Assembly (NCBI GenBank): GCA_050575255.1
Contig: JBNZDD010013726.1
Span: 10,074,618 to 10,138,617, forward strand
Length of the DNA stretch: 64,000 bases
Reading direction: 5' to 3'
Origin: Harriotta raleighana
Lineage: Eukaryota
The notes beneath the pieces are model-generated. The model was not told where the DNA came from. It was given only the letters and a program-made list of their open reading frames with translations, and made no database searches. Both the position numbers and the translations under genes were made by a program. Position 1 is the first letter of the stretch. The number at the start of each line of letters is the position of its first letter. Of the stretch, positions 62,967 through 64,000 are shown piece by piece.

Positions 62967-63142
62967 AACAAAACACAAAACACTGTACTACAGATGCTGG
63001 GAAACAGAAACAGAAGTTGCTGGGAACACTCAGCGTGTCCAGTTCTGACGAAGGGCCGTGGACGCGAAACGTTGACTCACTTTCCTTTCTCCATGGATGC
63101 TGCCTGACCTGCTAAGTTTTCCCAGCAACTTCTGTTTTCGTC
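62967..63142 (+). mobile_element. Penelope-like terminal-repeat insert with inverted arms and a 14-bp TSD
   Basis: Arms aaacagaagttgctgggaacactcagc and gctaagttttcccagcaacttctgttt. Flanks taagatagtcttgg (62953-62966) and taagatagtattgg (63143-63156). Confidence 0.75.
63041..63077 (+). ncRNA. Degenerate minimal type I hammerhead ribozyme motif
   Basis: AGUU-CUGACGA-A-GGGCC GUG GACGC-GAAA-CGUU-GACU. Catalytic core intact; stem I AGUU/GACU; palindromic ACGU stem III; stem II has 2 mismatches. Confidence 0.55.
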
Positions 63143-64000
63143 TAAGATAGTATTGGGCTTACTCACTGCCCCCGGGTTGAGTTAGCTGATCAAGGCAAGG
63201 GCNGAAACAGAAACAGAAGTTGCTGGGAACACTCAGCGTGTCCAGTTCTGACGAAGGGCCGTGGACGCGAAACGTTGACTCACTTTCCTTTCTCCATGGA
63301 TGCTGCCTGACCTGCTAAGTTTTCGTCTAAGATAGTATTGGGCTTACTCACTGCCGCGGGTTGAGTTAGCTGATCAAGGCAAGGGTATTAGCAATTCAAT
63401 TGGCCTAATTGTAATCATCTTGAAAGCAGCTAGTTCACATCACGTGAAGTTAGATTTTTTTTTTTGCCCGTAATATTTTGGGGCAGCTTTATCATTTACG
63501 ATATGTCTTGATCAAAGTTACTAAATGTCGCATTGGAGAANTCATCTTGAAAGCAGCTAGTTCACATCACGTGAAGTTAGATTTTTTTTTTGCCCCTAAT
63601 ATTTTGGGGCAGCTTTATCATTTACGATATGCCTTGATCAAAGTTACTAAATGTCGCATTGGAGAATGCTGCAGGAAATGTCTACTTCTAGGGTGCGTCT
63701 ACCCAGCAGTTATAACAGTTAAAATGTGGTAAGGAATGGTGACCGAGAGCTCCCAGTAGGTTCACAGTTATCCCTTTATAATCAACTACGTATCTTGCTG
63801 TTCCTCTTAATTGTCCACAAGACCCTGGCAGTATAGTTTTACACTCAGATAACTGCTCCCATCTTTATACTCTCAGACACTAAAAACACAGAGAGTGCAC
63901 TTCATCGGGCGGATCCTCCTAAAGGTCCCGAACACTTTCGTTCAGTGCTCATTAGCCGCCCGCAATGTATAACTACGAGAGTCAGCTATTATTTTCTGAA

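Larger units (their letters stand above)
62890..63410 (+). mobile_element. Ancient tRNA-head SINE relic hosting the Penelope-like insert
   Basis: actgagccacacagg ... ttgagttagctgatc ... caattggcct resembles recalled ancient vertebrate SINE heads; family uncertain. Confidence 0.3.

Noticed and set aside
1043-63732. ORF-track entries as host genes
   Set aside because: All are short, many start at non-ATG codons, none resembles a cellular protein I recognise, and no consistent exon chain is evident. The recognisable ones are TE fragments. Small exons cannot be excluded.
1-64000. CRISPR array, rRNA, or well-known miRNA hairpins
   Set aside because: No repeat-spacer array, no rRNA similarity, and no mature sequence of the conserved miRNAs I checked by eye.

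Overview
Eukaryotic non-coding DNA (intergenic or intronic) from a cartilaginous fish. The repeat repertoire and the assembly style most resemble the chimaera Callorhinchus milii; this is an inference. I found no credible protein-coding exon, rRNA, tRNA gene, miRNA or CRISPR array. The younger repeat layer consists of tRNA-head SINEs, DeuSINE (SacSINE1-like) copies, L2 and CR1 LINE fragments, a hAT MITE, a Tc1/mariner MITE and a Penelope-like insert carrying a degenerate minimal hammerhead ribozyme core. Beneath that layer is the main observation: about 23 heavily decayed fragments, on both strands, whose translations match the domains of DIRS1-type tyrosine-recombinase retrotransposons (gag, RT, RNase H, methyltransferase-like, YR) in the expected order. 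By span they cover roughly 20-25 kb of the window. These calls are by-eye motif comparisons at low identity, have approximate boundaries, and need HMM or frameshift-aware alignment to confirm. Several repeat-free, motif-dense stretches and a CpG-rich island at ~40.3-40.7 kb look like conserved regulatory elements of a developmental-gene landscape. Twelve near-identical duplications flanking N characters are most likely unmerged haplotype overlaps (assembly artefacts).
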